A DNA stretch of 64,000 bases from the NCBI GenBank assembly GCA_964016885.1, contig OZ024746.1, positions 43,710,001 through 43,774,000 of the forward strand. The letters run 5' to 3'. This document shows, one piece after another, positions 1-12,014 of the stretch. The translations under genes and the position numbers were made by a program. This DNA is from Eledone cirrhosa (lineage: Eukaryota). The notes beneath the pieces were generated by a model. That model did not search any database and had not been told where the DNA came from. It saw only the letters and a list, made by a program, of their open reading frames with translations. The number at the start of each line of letters is the position of its first letter. Within the stretch, counting starts at the first letter, position 1.

Positions 1-1495
1 GGTGTGTTTGTATAGTACTGAATCGTTTTTTCATCCTTTTAATTCCCCCAGTGTTGGTCTATCCTTTCTCCTATGCTTCGAGCTGTCTCACCTATGTATG
101 TTGTTGTCATGTTTCTGCAAGTACCCTCTGTACATCTTATGCTATAGACTACATTTCTAGTTTTACAGTTTATTTGGGGGTTTACTTTACATATAACACA
201 TTTCCTATTAGTATAGTGGGTTTTCTTAAAAGGGTATGTTTTGCTGATCAGGGATTTTATGGTAGTTCCTGGCTTTTCTACCACTTTAATCTTTAAGTGG
301 GTCTTTCTCAGGGCATTTCTACATTGGTTAGCTAATTTCCCTCCAGGGGTAGCGTCCACAAATATGACACTCTAGTATCTCTGGTTGTCGTACCATGAGA
401 TGCCTTTCCCTATCTTATGTCTAGCCCTATCTAAGCTATTCCATGATTTGCTCCTGTATAATGGGCAAATTCCTTTCATGTCCAGTTCTATGAGGGTCTT
501 ATACTTCTCCGTGGCTCCTTTGTATACTCTGATTCTGTCACTTTGGTTGTAGCCTGAGAACTGCATGCGGTTGATGAAGTGTTGGATATGTCTTTCCATT
601 TCTGTTGGGTCGCACATGCGGGACACGTTCTTCATCATTCGTCCCAAGTCTGCGATCAGAATATTAAACTTAGCACTACTGGACATTGGTGAGTTTTTGA
701 GTATCAGGTATTTGGAGGCCATGGGTTTAGCATAGTGTGAATGGAGAATTTAGGCCCTCTTGTCTCTAGTGTTAATCCAGAGTTCCGTGTCTAATACAGG
801 TAGTCTATTGTTAGTGTGTTTGGAAGGGTAGTCGATAGTTACAGTTATACTCTGGTGTATGGAGTTAGCTATCTGCTGGATGCTTTCCATTGTGCTACAT
901 TCTAAATCATATTTCTTAGTACTCTCTTGTGGGGGTGTCCTTATTACTATATTAATATTGTCTACGTAACGAGACTACATGATGAGGTCCATGGAGCTCT
1001 CATCAAGGAGATCTTTGAGTCTCCTTTCCCACCATACCATAAAAAGGTTGGCAGCTATGCTGACGCCAATGGCTGCTCCCTCATTTTGGGTGTAGATCTT
1101 TTCATTGAATTTGAATATATGGCCTTTTAGGGTAGTTTTAATACTAGCCCCTATTGCATGCATGACCATTTCTTACCTGATCATTATTTTTGGGGGTCCA
1201 TATGGCTTTGGTCCACCCAATCCACCTTCCCATGGGAGTCTTTTTTGCCATTGAGGTTATGGTGGGGGTGTCTACCTCTTATGGTTCTACTGGGGCAGAA
1301 ACGGCTAAGGTCATGGCTGTCTAGGTAGTCGGTGTCATAGGTAAGTCTAAGTAGGAGGCCCAGTTCATCTGTGTCTACATTGCGGAACTCCACCTCACTC
1401 TTACTGATCATCTCCACACCTTTTTCCACAGCGAAATCAATGTTAATGGATGGGTACAGTGATACCACCTCCATACTTCCTATTATGCAGTTAGA
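1..1495 (-). mobile_element. Penelope-like retroelement (RT + GIY-YIG endonuclease), decayed, 5'-truncated, runs off the window start
   Basis: Broken minus-strand ORFs give, in order: IIGSMEVVSLYPSI (RT motif A), HIFKFNEKIYTQNEGAAIG (motif B), *SRYVDNINI (YVDD box with stop and D>N), DYPSKHTNNRLPVLD and HYAKPMAS (PLE thumb), a Cys-rich linker, and NVVYSIRC..C..YIGETARSIGERIDQH (GIY-YIG). Confidence 0.93.
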
Positions 1496-2291
1496 TATTA
1501 ATATATATGTATGGATTTAAATAAGAAGTCAACAAAATACATCATCAGAGACTGAAAACTATAATGAAATATTGTCTATATACAGGATGTTGCATGACTG
1601 TTTTCTTGTTATGTGTAGGAACGGTATCTTGTTGAAGCTTGAAACAACTAGGTCTCAATTTAAAGTTATGCCGTGAGTTGCGGATACTTCAAATTGGAAA
1701 CACAAGCTTGATATTTAAGAACAGACTGTCTCAGGTAATAGCCAATTTGTATAACTTAGCAATTTTCTGTACAATGAGGGAGATGCTGAAACTAATAGGA
1801 AGTGCAGAATCAGAAAGACCATAGTAATATTTAGTGAATGTACAAAATCTTATCTACTAACACAGTAGACACCAAGATCTACCAGTATAATACAATTGTG
1901 CTTCAAATGATATTATATGCAAGTGAGACTTATGAGAATGTCAGATATCTTTCAGCAAAGGTGTTCAAGGAAAAGCCTGAAAAATCTGTGTAATGATCCA
2001 ATCATAAACAAACGAGTCTTAAGCAGATGATCATCATAATGACTCGAAACATAGTGGTAGTAAACAAAATGTGACTGGCTGTTCAATTTCTGTGTCAGAC
2101 AATTATTGGTATGCAAAAGTAGTATTTAGATAGATAATAACAAGTGGAAGGTGAATGTAGAGAAGACAGATTCTGTGAATATATCAAATACAATATAGAA
2201 TACAAATTAAAAACATTGGAACAGAACTGCCCCCTGATATACAAACATGTGTGGAATTGGCAGACATATATACATATATATAGATATATAT

Positions 2292-2385
2292 ATGAGGGTA
2301 GGCTAAAAATTTCATAGCCTAACTATGAAGTAGTGATGTTAGTGATGTGAAATCTTGCATGCATTAATTTCAAATCTTATTACCG
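2292..2385 (+). mobile_element. Mariner-like terminal inverted repeat fragment
   Basis: TA-TGAGGGTAGGCTAAAAATTTCATAGCCTAAC resembles mariner TIRs (TACGAGGG..CTGAAAAGTT). No partner end was seen. Confidence 0.45.
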
Positions 2386-2559
2386 GCATTGTTTATTTCA
2401 ATATACACGGCACTTATTATGAATTCTTATCTCTACCACCTATTTTAATACACACGTGATGTCATTCTCATTACACTTTTTAATTCCATTCTCACTCCTT
2501 AAACATGACATGCTGCAGAGACCACTCTTCAATCAAGTCAATGACTGACAAACATTTCA

Positions 2560-2990
2560 GTGCTGATCCCACGATAAAATACACCCAGTACACTCTGTAA
2601 AATTGTTAGTGTTAGGCAGGGCATCCTGCGATAGAAACCATGCCAAAAGTGTTGATAGGGGTTTTCAGTCACATCATAGACATGAAAATCTCTCTAGAGT
2701 TGGTGCCATGAAAAATGCACATGGTACACTTTGTACAGTGGTTGGCATTAAGAAGGGAATCTAACAGTAAACAACTAAACAAACAAGGGGTTGAGAAGAA
2801 TCTTCAGTTGAGTCAAAGGCACAACAAACGTCCTAGTGCTTATGCTATGATAAAATTCACTCAGTACACTCTATAAAGTGTAGGAGTACAGATAATTGAA
2901 ATGTGCTTTCCACTGAACCCTGAACCCTTTGTGAGTTTTGATTTGATCTCTCCAACTTTTGGTAGCATAGAAAAGCAGACGTTAAATTAT
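2560..2990 (+). repeat. Decayed RTE-3'UTR-derived repeat (tandem sub-units)
   Basis: Three copies of CACCCAGTACACTCTGTAAAGTGGTTGG-like units, ending AGCATAGAAAAGCAGACGTTAAA, match the RTE tail at 15.78-16.02 kb. Confidence 0.7.
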
Positions 2991-3049
2991 GATTTTATAT
3001 ATATTAATAACTCCCCTGCATGGGTTTGACAGCTGTTACGTGCTGAGAC

Positions 3050-3220
3050 CAGGCTGGTCAGAGGACTAGGTCCTGTTGTATGATTTGATTTGGCTTGATT
3101 TCTACAACTGGATGGCCATCCTATTGCCAGCACATATATATTTAATAATTTCTTAAAGAGTGCTGAAAAGCACCCATCCAACCCATGCAAGCATGTAACA
3201 GTAGACATATGATGATGATT
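3050..3220. repeat. Two short RTE-tail fragments in opposite orientation
   Basis: TTGGCTTGATTTCTACAACTGGATGGCC (minus) and CCATCCAACCCATGCAAGCATG..GATGATGAT (plus). Confidence 0.6.
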
Positions 3221-4044
3221 ATATATATATATATATGTGTGTTCATATGTTATTGCTGAGAAAATGAACAAAGTAATTTTTTTTTTAATTAATGTTTGTT
3301 ATGTGTTTTTTTCTGAAGTAGAGTTGCTATACTTTAATTTAAAGAAATATTTTACTTAAAAGTAAGATATGTTGAATACAGTCTTTCCATTATAACTTCT
3401 AAAACTAAATTAATGAAATGTTCTAAATTATACTTGAAAACAGATCAAAGATTTTATATTGTGTGGTCTCTTTTATATAAGCAGCAGCTATATATAATGT
3501 TATATTGCCACATCTTATGTAGTTACAAGTTTGAATAAAGTAGAAAAATACAAAGTTACAGCATCACAGATTTATGATAACTGTTTCTTATATATTGTTT
3601 CTATGTTACTCAATCAAAAATCTTCTAGATCCATATAAATAAATCAAATAAGAATCTATACTTTAATATTAATGGTATTTAAATTTTAACAAAATAAGTA
3701 TAATCTGTATCCCCTGAAACAATTTGATACATGCCTAAAATCATTCCATAAAACAGCCCTTAAATGGAATTTATTTACAGAAACAGAAATTTCACTTTAA
3801 AAGACTTTTAGTGCAAGAAAGAGAAAATTTGTGAATGGCCATTTGTCCCTAAGGTAAAATCATGTTTATTATGCATGAATATATCAAGTACCCTTTCTTA
3901 TCTAAGTACAAAGGGGTGATCTAAGTATAAGGGTGTTTACCTTCATACAATTATTTGTTGACATTTATGAATTAATGACAAAACAACCTAATCATAAAAT
4001 TGACAGCATATTGATAAGAATGTTAAATTTAATAATCAAATTTT

Positions 4045-4295
4045 AATGGTTAGAGAGTTTAATTCTCAATCATGAAGTTGTGAGTTCTTTTCCTTTACTA
4101 GGCAATGTGGTGTTTCTATATTTCACATTGCTCCAGTTCACTCAGCTGTAAAAATTAGTTGTGATGTCACTGGTGCCTAGCTGTACCAGCCTTTGATTTT
4201 CCCTTATTAACATCAGCAGTGGAGAGTGAGGAGACTGGCATGGGTGGGTGACTGCTGATCTTCCACAAAAACACCTTGCTAGAGCTTGTGCTTAT
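4045..4295 (+). mobile_element. tRNA-headed SINE with CORE-like body (family B), decayed
   Basis: TGGTTAGAG A-box-like and GAGTTC B-box-like motifs, then TTTCACATTGCTCCAGTTCACTCAGCTGTAAAAAT, shared with the 23.3 kb and 49.9 kb copies. Confidence 0.7.
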
Positions 4296-6270
4296 TTTCA
4301 AGAAATTAAGAATTAATTTCACAAAATCAAAATTGGAATATCCAATGTTCAAACAGGTCATTAGGTGCAGTAATACATCGATATGTCTAGGTTAAATGTT
4401 AAAGTAGGCTGGATTGATTTTTCAGTATTTTCATTAGCATGGTGGATAACAGTGTTAAACATTGAGTTCATAGCAGAAAAGATCATCTTAAATCTTAAGT
4501 GTAATCCTACTCTTAAAATGTTAATAACTATGATAATGGTTTTTCTGATTTGATGTTAACCATGATATTCTTGTTATATCAAACACTTTCATCTCCTTCC
4601 TTTAAGTATTTCAGCTATAGATGTTATTGCTAGCAATGCTGGTGCACATAAATTTAAATAAAACAATATTCTATGAGATTTGATATATGAGAGAATATAA
4701 ACTTGCAATGTTGTTTGAAAGATAGTTATTTCTATGAAATCAAACAGTCAATCTAAAAGAACACCAGAACATGATTTACTGAGTTACAATATAATAACTG
4801 AAACAATTAGCTATAATTGTAAGCCATTCTACTAAAACGTCAGTAAATGATTAGGCAGCTCTAAGCCAAGTGAAAGAATTGAAGTATATATATGCTCAAG
4901 AATGTCTTAAAAAATGAATAATTTATAAAACCCGAAGCAGCATTATCAACACCAGGAGCAGGACAGATAGTAACGTAGTATAAAATGTGGCAAGAGTTAA
5001 AGGAAATTACTGTCGTTATTGGTAATTTCAAGCCAATGAAGAAATTACCCTTTCATTCAAATGTATAATGAATTATTCATTTATAAAAGTTGGATGTAAT
5101 GTAACATTGATACAGGAACCATAAAGACTAAAGATTTCTTAAGAGTTAAGAAATAAGTACAATGCAATAGATGTATATCTGAATATGAGCTAAATACTGA
5201 ATTTGAAATCAGCATGATATGTGAGTTATTATCTTGGTATTTCTACAGATATAATTATTTGTTTTCCTGTAATACATATATATTATTAAATGATAATGAA
5301 TTAATAAAGTCTTGACATAGAGATGTTATATAATGGGGGATTGTTTACGTTAATATCATATGTTACTATCAAGAGAGCTAAGCAGAGTGGGAAAATGGGA
5401 TTTTGATAGGTCATAGACAAAACAGAAATAAAATTGTTCGTTATATTAAATACAGAAGTTGATTAATAGAAAGCCCTACTCATGCTATTCCTTTTAATAT
5501 TACTCTAAGATTATATATATTTACTTTAAATTAAAAGAAATAGATGTTATTAAAGTCATTTTGTTTTATACATAACTGCAGAGAATTAAAATGAATAATC
5601 AAATTAATCTTTCATATGAGTCCAAAATAACAATTACTAAATGAAAATTATGAATTATATTTATGAAAAAGATGGATTCGACTTTGTTGCAGCAGACTGA
5701 TTTTATTAAATATTAATGATTACAGGTACTTTCGGGGCTAACTGTAATCAGATTGCACTTTGGCATTTTTTCAAATTACTCCAATAACAAAGTGATTGCC
5801 TGATGAATTGAATTACTATATCTCATGAAACTTCTTTTACATAATTTAATTAAGCTTTAAAATAAATTGAAACTTAAAACTTAATGATTATTATAGTTTT
5901 CTATCTTTAATTAGATATTTAAGAAGTACTATTGAAAAGACTTGAATATAACTTACAATCAGTTAACACATTGCATATTATTGTTTTAATTAAAATTGAA
6001 AGCAGTATACTTAGAAATTGATTGTGGTAAAGCAATTTTATTTCTTGATTTATTTTAATAACTAACTATCAAGTAAATAACACTTTACAAATAAACATTT
6101 TTACAGTGACATTTTAGTATAATCTCAAAATATTCCTTGAAGTAAATACAGCAAATTAACTATCATCATTATCACAATCCTGGTTTTAATCTTCATTGTT
6201 CCATACTGATATGGTCTGTATAGCATATACTGGAAACGTTTTGTATATAACATATCACCATTTACCTTAA

Positions 6271-6465
6271 CCCATAACCATTTAAACAGGCCATATCCAG
6301 CCAGAATTCTCTCACCTTTTTCGGTTCAATCCAACCATAACCAGCCACTCATACCGACATTTTCAAAATAAATAATATCATCATCAAAATCTCGTAGAAT
6401 CGATATTATGAGATAAAGTGTTTACCGGGAAAATACAAGAGTAGGGTAATGTAAATGCTAAAAGG
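6271..6465 (+). mobile_element. piggyBac-like MITE, copy 1
   Basis: TTAA|CCC...GG|TTAA ends; internal sequence collinear with 20684-20904. Confidence 0.8.
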
Positions 6466-6769
6466 TTAAAGCTTTTTTTTTTATTTTGTGTATGAAAACC
6501 CATATTCTGAGGGTTGATATCACATATTTTCATTTTTTTTTCTAAAGACAGAAATGATGGCACTGTAGATATTGGAGAAATAAACAAGGCGAAAAGAAAA
6601 TAGCATAACACCAAACTTTAGGCAAATGACTATGTTCCATACTCTCAATTGAGAACATATTTGTTGTGAAGACTCATCCATACCTCTGACCATTAAGGTG
6701 AGAAGAATGATTATTATTCAATCTCTCACTCTCTTCTATTCATGCTCATCAGTATTGGTTTTAGCAATA

Positions 6770-7076
6770 ACAATACAGAAGCCCCGACTTCCCAAGAAAA
6801 TAAGCCGGAGCATATAGACAATATGCCCCCATCCCCTCCCACTGCAAAGTGGTTGTGGATGTGTCACAACAAAAAAGCACCCAGCCCACACTGTAAAGTG
6901 GACGTGCAGGTGCCATGGAAAAAAAGCACCCAGCACTCACTGTAAATGAGGTTGGTATTAGGAAGGGCATCCATATGAGCAAGACAAGGTCAGCTGACCT
7001 ACATTGCCCACAACAGGACAACCCATTTAACCCATGTTAGCATGGAAGAATTGACATAAAACAGTGATGATGATGA
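6770..7076 (+). repeat. RTE 3'UTR-derived repeat
   Basis: AAAAAAGCACCCAGC..CTGTAAA units, TTAGGAAGGGCATCC, and a (GAT)n tail. Confidence 0.8.
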
Positions 7077-7201
7077 ATCTTTATCATTGTTCAATCAAAT
7101 GGCACAAATAGTTTCATCAAATGTATTTGTCATTTGAAAAGCTAACAAATGAGAAAACCTCAGATATGTTCCACATAAACTGGTATTATTATAAAAGAGC
7201 T

Positions 7202-7386
7202 GGGCGGTGGTTTGGCAGTATTGGTAGAGCGTCAGACACCATGCCTTGCAGCATAGAGTTATGGGCTTTGCATTTTGACTTCAAATACGCCTAAGTTAAC
7301 TTTGCCTTTCATCCTTATGGGGTTGATAAAATAAAGTACCAGTAATGCACTGGAGTAAGTGCTGGCTGTGTGCCAAAAGTAGAAAT
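7202..7386 (+). mobile_element. tRNA-headed SINE family A, first of a head-to-tail pair
   Basis: TGGCAGTATTGGTAGAG head, central GTTAACTTTGCCTTTCATCC..GGGGTTGATAAAATAAAGTACCAG, and CCAAAAGTAGAAA end. Confidence 0.88.
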
Positions 7387-7391
7387 TCTAA

Positions 7392-7608
7392 GGGCTGTGG
7401 ATTGGCAGTATCGGTAGAGTGGCTGACGCCATGCTTTGCGGCATAGAGTTACGGCCCTTTATGATCTGAGTTCAAATCCCGCCGAAGTTAACTTTGCCTT
7501 TCATGCTCACGGGGTCGATAAAATAAGGTACCAGTTACGTACTGGGGTCGATTTAATCGACTTTCCTCTCCCCAAAAATTACTGGCCTTGTACCTATAAA
7601 AGAAACCA
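7392..7608 (+). mobile_element. tRNA-headed SINE family A, second of the pair (longer 3' variant)
   Basis: TGGCAGTATCGGTAGAG, B box GAGTTCAAATCCC, same central domain, plus an extra GGGGTCGATTTAATCGAC hairpin segment. Confidence 0.9.
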
Positions 7609-7761
7609 TTAATTATTAAAGAGATTATTGTGTTGAAAACTACAACCAAATTGAAGAATATACTTTATAAATATTTTTAAAAAATGTGAAATTACTTTCT
7701 AATATGTCAATTAAGCAGAATAAAAGATAATCAGAATTTACATACTCTACATAAAGTTCTG

Positions 7762-7860
7762 AAGATGCATGGCTTAGTCGTTAGGGAATTGGATTTGCAA
7801 TCACTGGGTGATGTTTTATATCCTTGAGCAATATACTTTATTTCATGTTGCTCTTTCTGC
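7762..7860 (+). mobile_element. SINE family B head fragment
   Basis: GATGCATGGCTTAGTCGTTAGGG...TCCTTGAGCAATATACTTTATTTCATGTTGCTC matches the family B head. Confidence 0.65.
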
Positions 7861-8530
7861 CAGGTGTTGCATCTGGTAGATAGCATCAGCAAGGGAAGCA
7901 TTGTTTCCTTGGTGAAGGATTTTCCATGAATGAAGGATTTTGTTGATTGATTGATATATCTCTCTTCTTATTCTTGAGTTATCCCTCCATCAAAGGAGAA
8001 ACATTAATTTTACTTTTTCTAATGACTAGAATATATGTGGCTTGCTACACCTGCTTATTCATAGATGTTTCCACTAACTGGAACAGTTGTGACAACCCGT
8101 TGTTAATAATCTGCGAAGCTACTGGTGATCATGGTGCCAAGGTCATCTAATTAAATTGATGATTCTTGCATTAGCTCTGCTCACTATGAGACAAGCAGGA
8201 TTTTTATTGAAGCTTACTCCTCTAGCTTCAACCTGTTCAGCTAGACTATCTATCTTATAATAGCCATATAAGTAGGATGTTGCTTTTCACCATGCAGATC
8301 AGTCTTCTAAACAGAGAGAGGATTTCTGCTCAACTTGAATGAGCATGTATTTCATATCATCAGTTTGCTGAGTGATATGTTAAACAGACACTGGGACACT
8401 CAGGGATGCCACAAGAAACCATCCAGAGCCAACCAGTGAAATCTGCAACAACTCTGCAAACTCAATATATATATACATATAATATATACATACATTGATA
8501 CACATGCACATACAAACATTCGTACGTGTG

Positions 8531-8562
<32 letters not shown>

Positions 8563-8625
8563 AGTGTGTGTGAATATATATGTACACACACACACAACAT
8601 AAAAAAAAAAAATATATATATATAT

Positions 8626-8789
8626 ATCATCATCATTTCATTTTACGTCCGCTTTTCTCTGATTGCAAGGGTGGGACGGGAACTGATTCTGGCTTGATTT
8701 CTACAGCTGGATGCCCTTCCTAACACCAGCCTCATTTACAGTGAGTGTTGGGTGCTTTTTTTCCGTGGTGCCTACACGTCCACTTTACA
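8626..8789 (-). repeat. RTE-tail repeat, nearly identical to the tail of the SINE at 49.66 kb
   Basis: (CAT)n-TTTTACGTCCGCTTTTC..GGGTGGGACGGGAACTG..CTACAGCTGGATGCCCTTCCTAACACC. Confidence 0.85.
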
Positions 8790-9604
8790 TATATATATAC
8801 ATACATATATATATATACACACACATATATACACATATATATATATACACATACATATATACACATATATATATATATATACACATACATATATACACAT
8901 AAATATATATATACACATACATATATACATATATATATACATACATATATATATATACACATACATATATATATATATACACATACATATATATATATAT
9001 ACACATACATATATATATATACACATACATATATAAATGAATATATATATATATACATACATATATATATACACATACATATATATATATACACATACAT
9101 ATATATACATATATATATATACACATACATATATACACATATATATATATATAAACATATATATATATACACATACATATATACACATATATGTATACAC
9201 ATACATATATATACACATATATATATATACACATACATATATATACACATATATATATACACATACATATATACACATATATATATATATATATACACAT
9301 ACATATATACACATATATATACACACACATATATATATACACATACATATGTACACATGTATATATATACACATACATATATATATATATATATACACAT
9401 ACATTTATACACATATATATATACACATACATATATAGACATATATATATACACATATATATATATATATATACACATACATATATACACATATATATAT
9501 ATACACATACATATATATATATACATATATACACATACATATATACATATACATACATATATACATATATATATATACACATACATATATATATATAAAT
9601 ATAT

Positions 9605-9636
<32 letters not shown>

Positions 9637-9664
9637 ACATACATACATATATATATAAATATAT

Positions 9665-9697
<33 letters not shown>

Positions 9698-9729
9698 CAT
9701 ACATATATACACATACATATATATATATA
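8790..9729. repeat. Compound microsatellite (TA)n with CACATACA interruptions
   Basis: About 940 bp of directly visible TA/CA repeats. Confidence 0.98.
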
Positions 9730-10070
9730 ACGAAGGAAATGTGGTAAGGAACCAGATGGACCATAACGCACCAAAGTACTCAATACTTAGGGTAGTAGAG
9801 TGGGTAATATGAACGAGTAGGACCACGACGGCTGACCTCAAGCCGTTTCGACGACTAATTCTGGACTAAATGAACATTTTTATCCTGGTACATGAATAGC
9901 CGAGCTTCTCAGGGGGTAATTCCATATATGGTAAAAGTGATTGTCACAAGGATTGGTCAAAAGTTTGTTGTTGAGACACATAATTCTATCATGGCATTTT
10001 GTGGAAGGAAGGGGTAGGTGAACTTGCCAGTAGAAGAAAGAGGGAGAGGGAGTGGAGAAAACCCAGTTGT
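9730..10070 (-). mobile_element. PLE pseudo-LTR-like non-coding segment with decayed hammerhead, inverted relative to the adjacent PLE ORF fragment
   Basis: Hammerhead fold on the minus strand, a conserved downstream stem-loop, and a 3' end abutting (TA)n. Confidence 0.65.
9807..9927 (-). ncRNA. Type I hammerhead ribozyme, degenerate (CUGAGAA instead of CUGANGA)
   Basis: Minus strand reads ACCCC-CUGAGAA-G..CGGCUAUUC..GAAUUAGUCG.C-GAAA-CGGCU-ugagguc-AGCCG-UC-GUGGU. Stem III is perfect with a GUC triplet. Stem I has one mismatch plus a distal 7-bp helix. Confidence 0.6.
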
Positions 10071-10080
10071 GCGTTGATAG

Positions 10081-10273
10081 TGCCAACTGGTCAAGAGCAT
10101 TAAATTCAAACCCAGACACAACAGATTTCTACAAAAACTCCGTAGCAACTTAACAGAGTATGATAACACCAATGACATCATGGTGCACTCGGATAAAACT
10201 GGGTAACCTCTACTTCGTCAACCCCGACAGATACCACACACTGATCAGGAGCAGCCTAAACTCCACCCATAAG
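10081..10273 (+). pseudogene. PLE ORF fragment (region just upstream of the RT core), one frameshift
   Basis: Manual translation: [62 protein letters not shown]. This matches the PLE pre-RT DK(T/G)N..Y motif. Confidence 0.75.
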
Positions 10274-10275
10274 GA

Positions 10276-10820
10276 AATATATATATATATGTATGTATAT
10301 ATATATATGTATATATATATATGTATATATATATGTATATATATATATGTATGTATATATATATATGTATATATATGTATATATATATATATATGTATAT
10401 ATATATGTATATATATATATATGTATGTATATATATATGTATGTATATATATATATATGTATATATATGTATATATATATATATGTATATATATATATGT
10501 ATATATATATGTATGTATATATATATATATGTGTATGTATATATATATGTATATATATATATGTATGTATATATGTATATATTTATATGTATATATATAT
10601 GTATATATATATATGTATGTATATATATATATGTATGTATATATATATGTATGTATATATATATGTATGTATGTATATATGTATGTATATATATATATAT
10701 GTATGTATATATATATATATGTATGTATATATATATATGTATGTATATATATATGTATGTATATATATATATGCATGTATATATATATGTATGTATATAT
10801 ATATATATGTATGTATATGT
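10276..10820. repeat. Compound microsatellite (TA)n/(TATG)n
   Basis: Directly visible. Confidence 0.98.
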
Positions 10821-11072
10821 AGGAGGTGAGTTTTATTGTAGTACAATAAAGCAATGCAGATATCGGATAAGAAGCACTCTACAGTTTGTAGGACTGGAGT
10901 ATACATAATATATAAGATCAAAAGATGGTTAAAGGAGTTCCATGTATTTTATTATGCGCATTTCAAAAACAAACATCATCATGCAATAATATTTGTGTTT
11001 TCATCAGATAAAACAGGAGAACATGATATGAAGGCTAAAAAACACTTGTGGATAGTGCAGTTTTAAATCAAC
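10821..11072 (-). mobile_element. About 250-bp solo PLE pseudo-LTR or retrozyme-like module between two microsatellites
   Basis: Contains an intact hammerhead, AAUAAA at the cleavage site, and the conserved stem-loop. No coding sequence. Confidence 0.75.
10941..11025 (-). ncRNA. Minimal type I hammerhead ribozyme
   Basis: Minus strand: UUUUAU-CUGAUGA-[AAACACAAAUAUUAUU gcau GAUGAUGUUUGUUUUU, 15/16 pairs including 3 GU]-GAAA-UGCGCA-UA^AUAAAA. Stem III is palindromic and a distal CAUGU/ACAUG helix is present. Confidence 0.88.
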
Positions 11073-11157
11073 ATATATATATAGGTATGTATATATATAT
11101 ATATATATACATACCTATATATATATATATACATACCTATATATATATATATACATA

Positions 11158-11221
<64 letters not shown>

Positions 11222-11745
11222 CATACCTATATATATATATATACATACCTATATATATATATATATACATACCTATATATATATCTATATACATACCTAT
11301 ATATATATATATATATATATATACATACATACCTATATATATATATATACATACATACACATACATACCTATATATATATATATACATACATACCTATAT
11401 ATATATATACATACCTATATATATATATATACATACATACCTATATATATATATATACATACCTATATATATATATATATATACATACCTATATATATAT
11501 ATATACATACCTATATATATATATATATATATACATACCTATATATATATATATATATATACATACCTATATATATATATATATATATACATACCTATAT
11601 ATATATATATATATACATACCTATATATATATATATATATATACATACCTATATATATATATATATATATACATACCTATATATATATATATATATACAT
11701 ACCTATATATATATATATATATATACATACCTATATATATACATA

Positions 11746-11789
<44 letters not shown>

Positions 11790-11926
11790 CATACATACAT
11801 ACATATAAATAAATACACATACATACATATATATAGATACATACATATATATAAATACACATACATACATATATATAGATACATACATATATATAAATAC
11901 ATATACATACATATATATATATATAT

Positions 11927-11961
<35 letters not shown>

Positions 11962-12014
11962 CATACATACATATATATATACATATAGATAAATACACAT
12001 ACATATATATACAT
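11073..12014. repeat. Compound microsatellite (TA)n with CATACC units
   Basis: Directly visible. Confidence 0.98.

Noticed and set aside
5800-5840. CTGATGA...GAAA spacing, also at 8350-8362 (minus) and 62931-62950
   Set aside because: No supporting helices.
7202-7300. tRNA gene
   Set aside because: A/B-box-like heads belong to SINEs; no cloverleaf can be formed.
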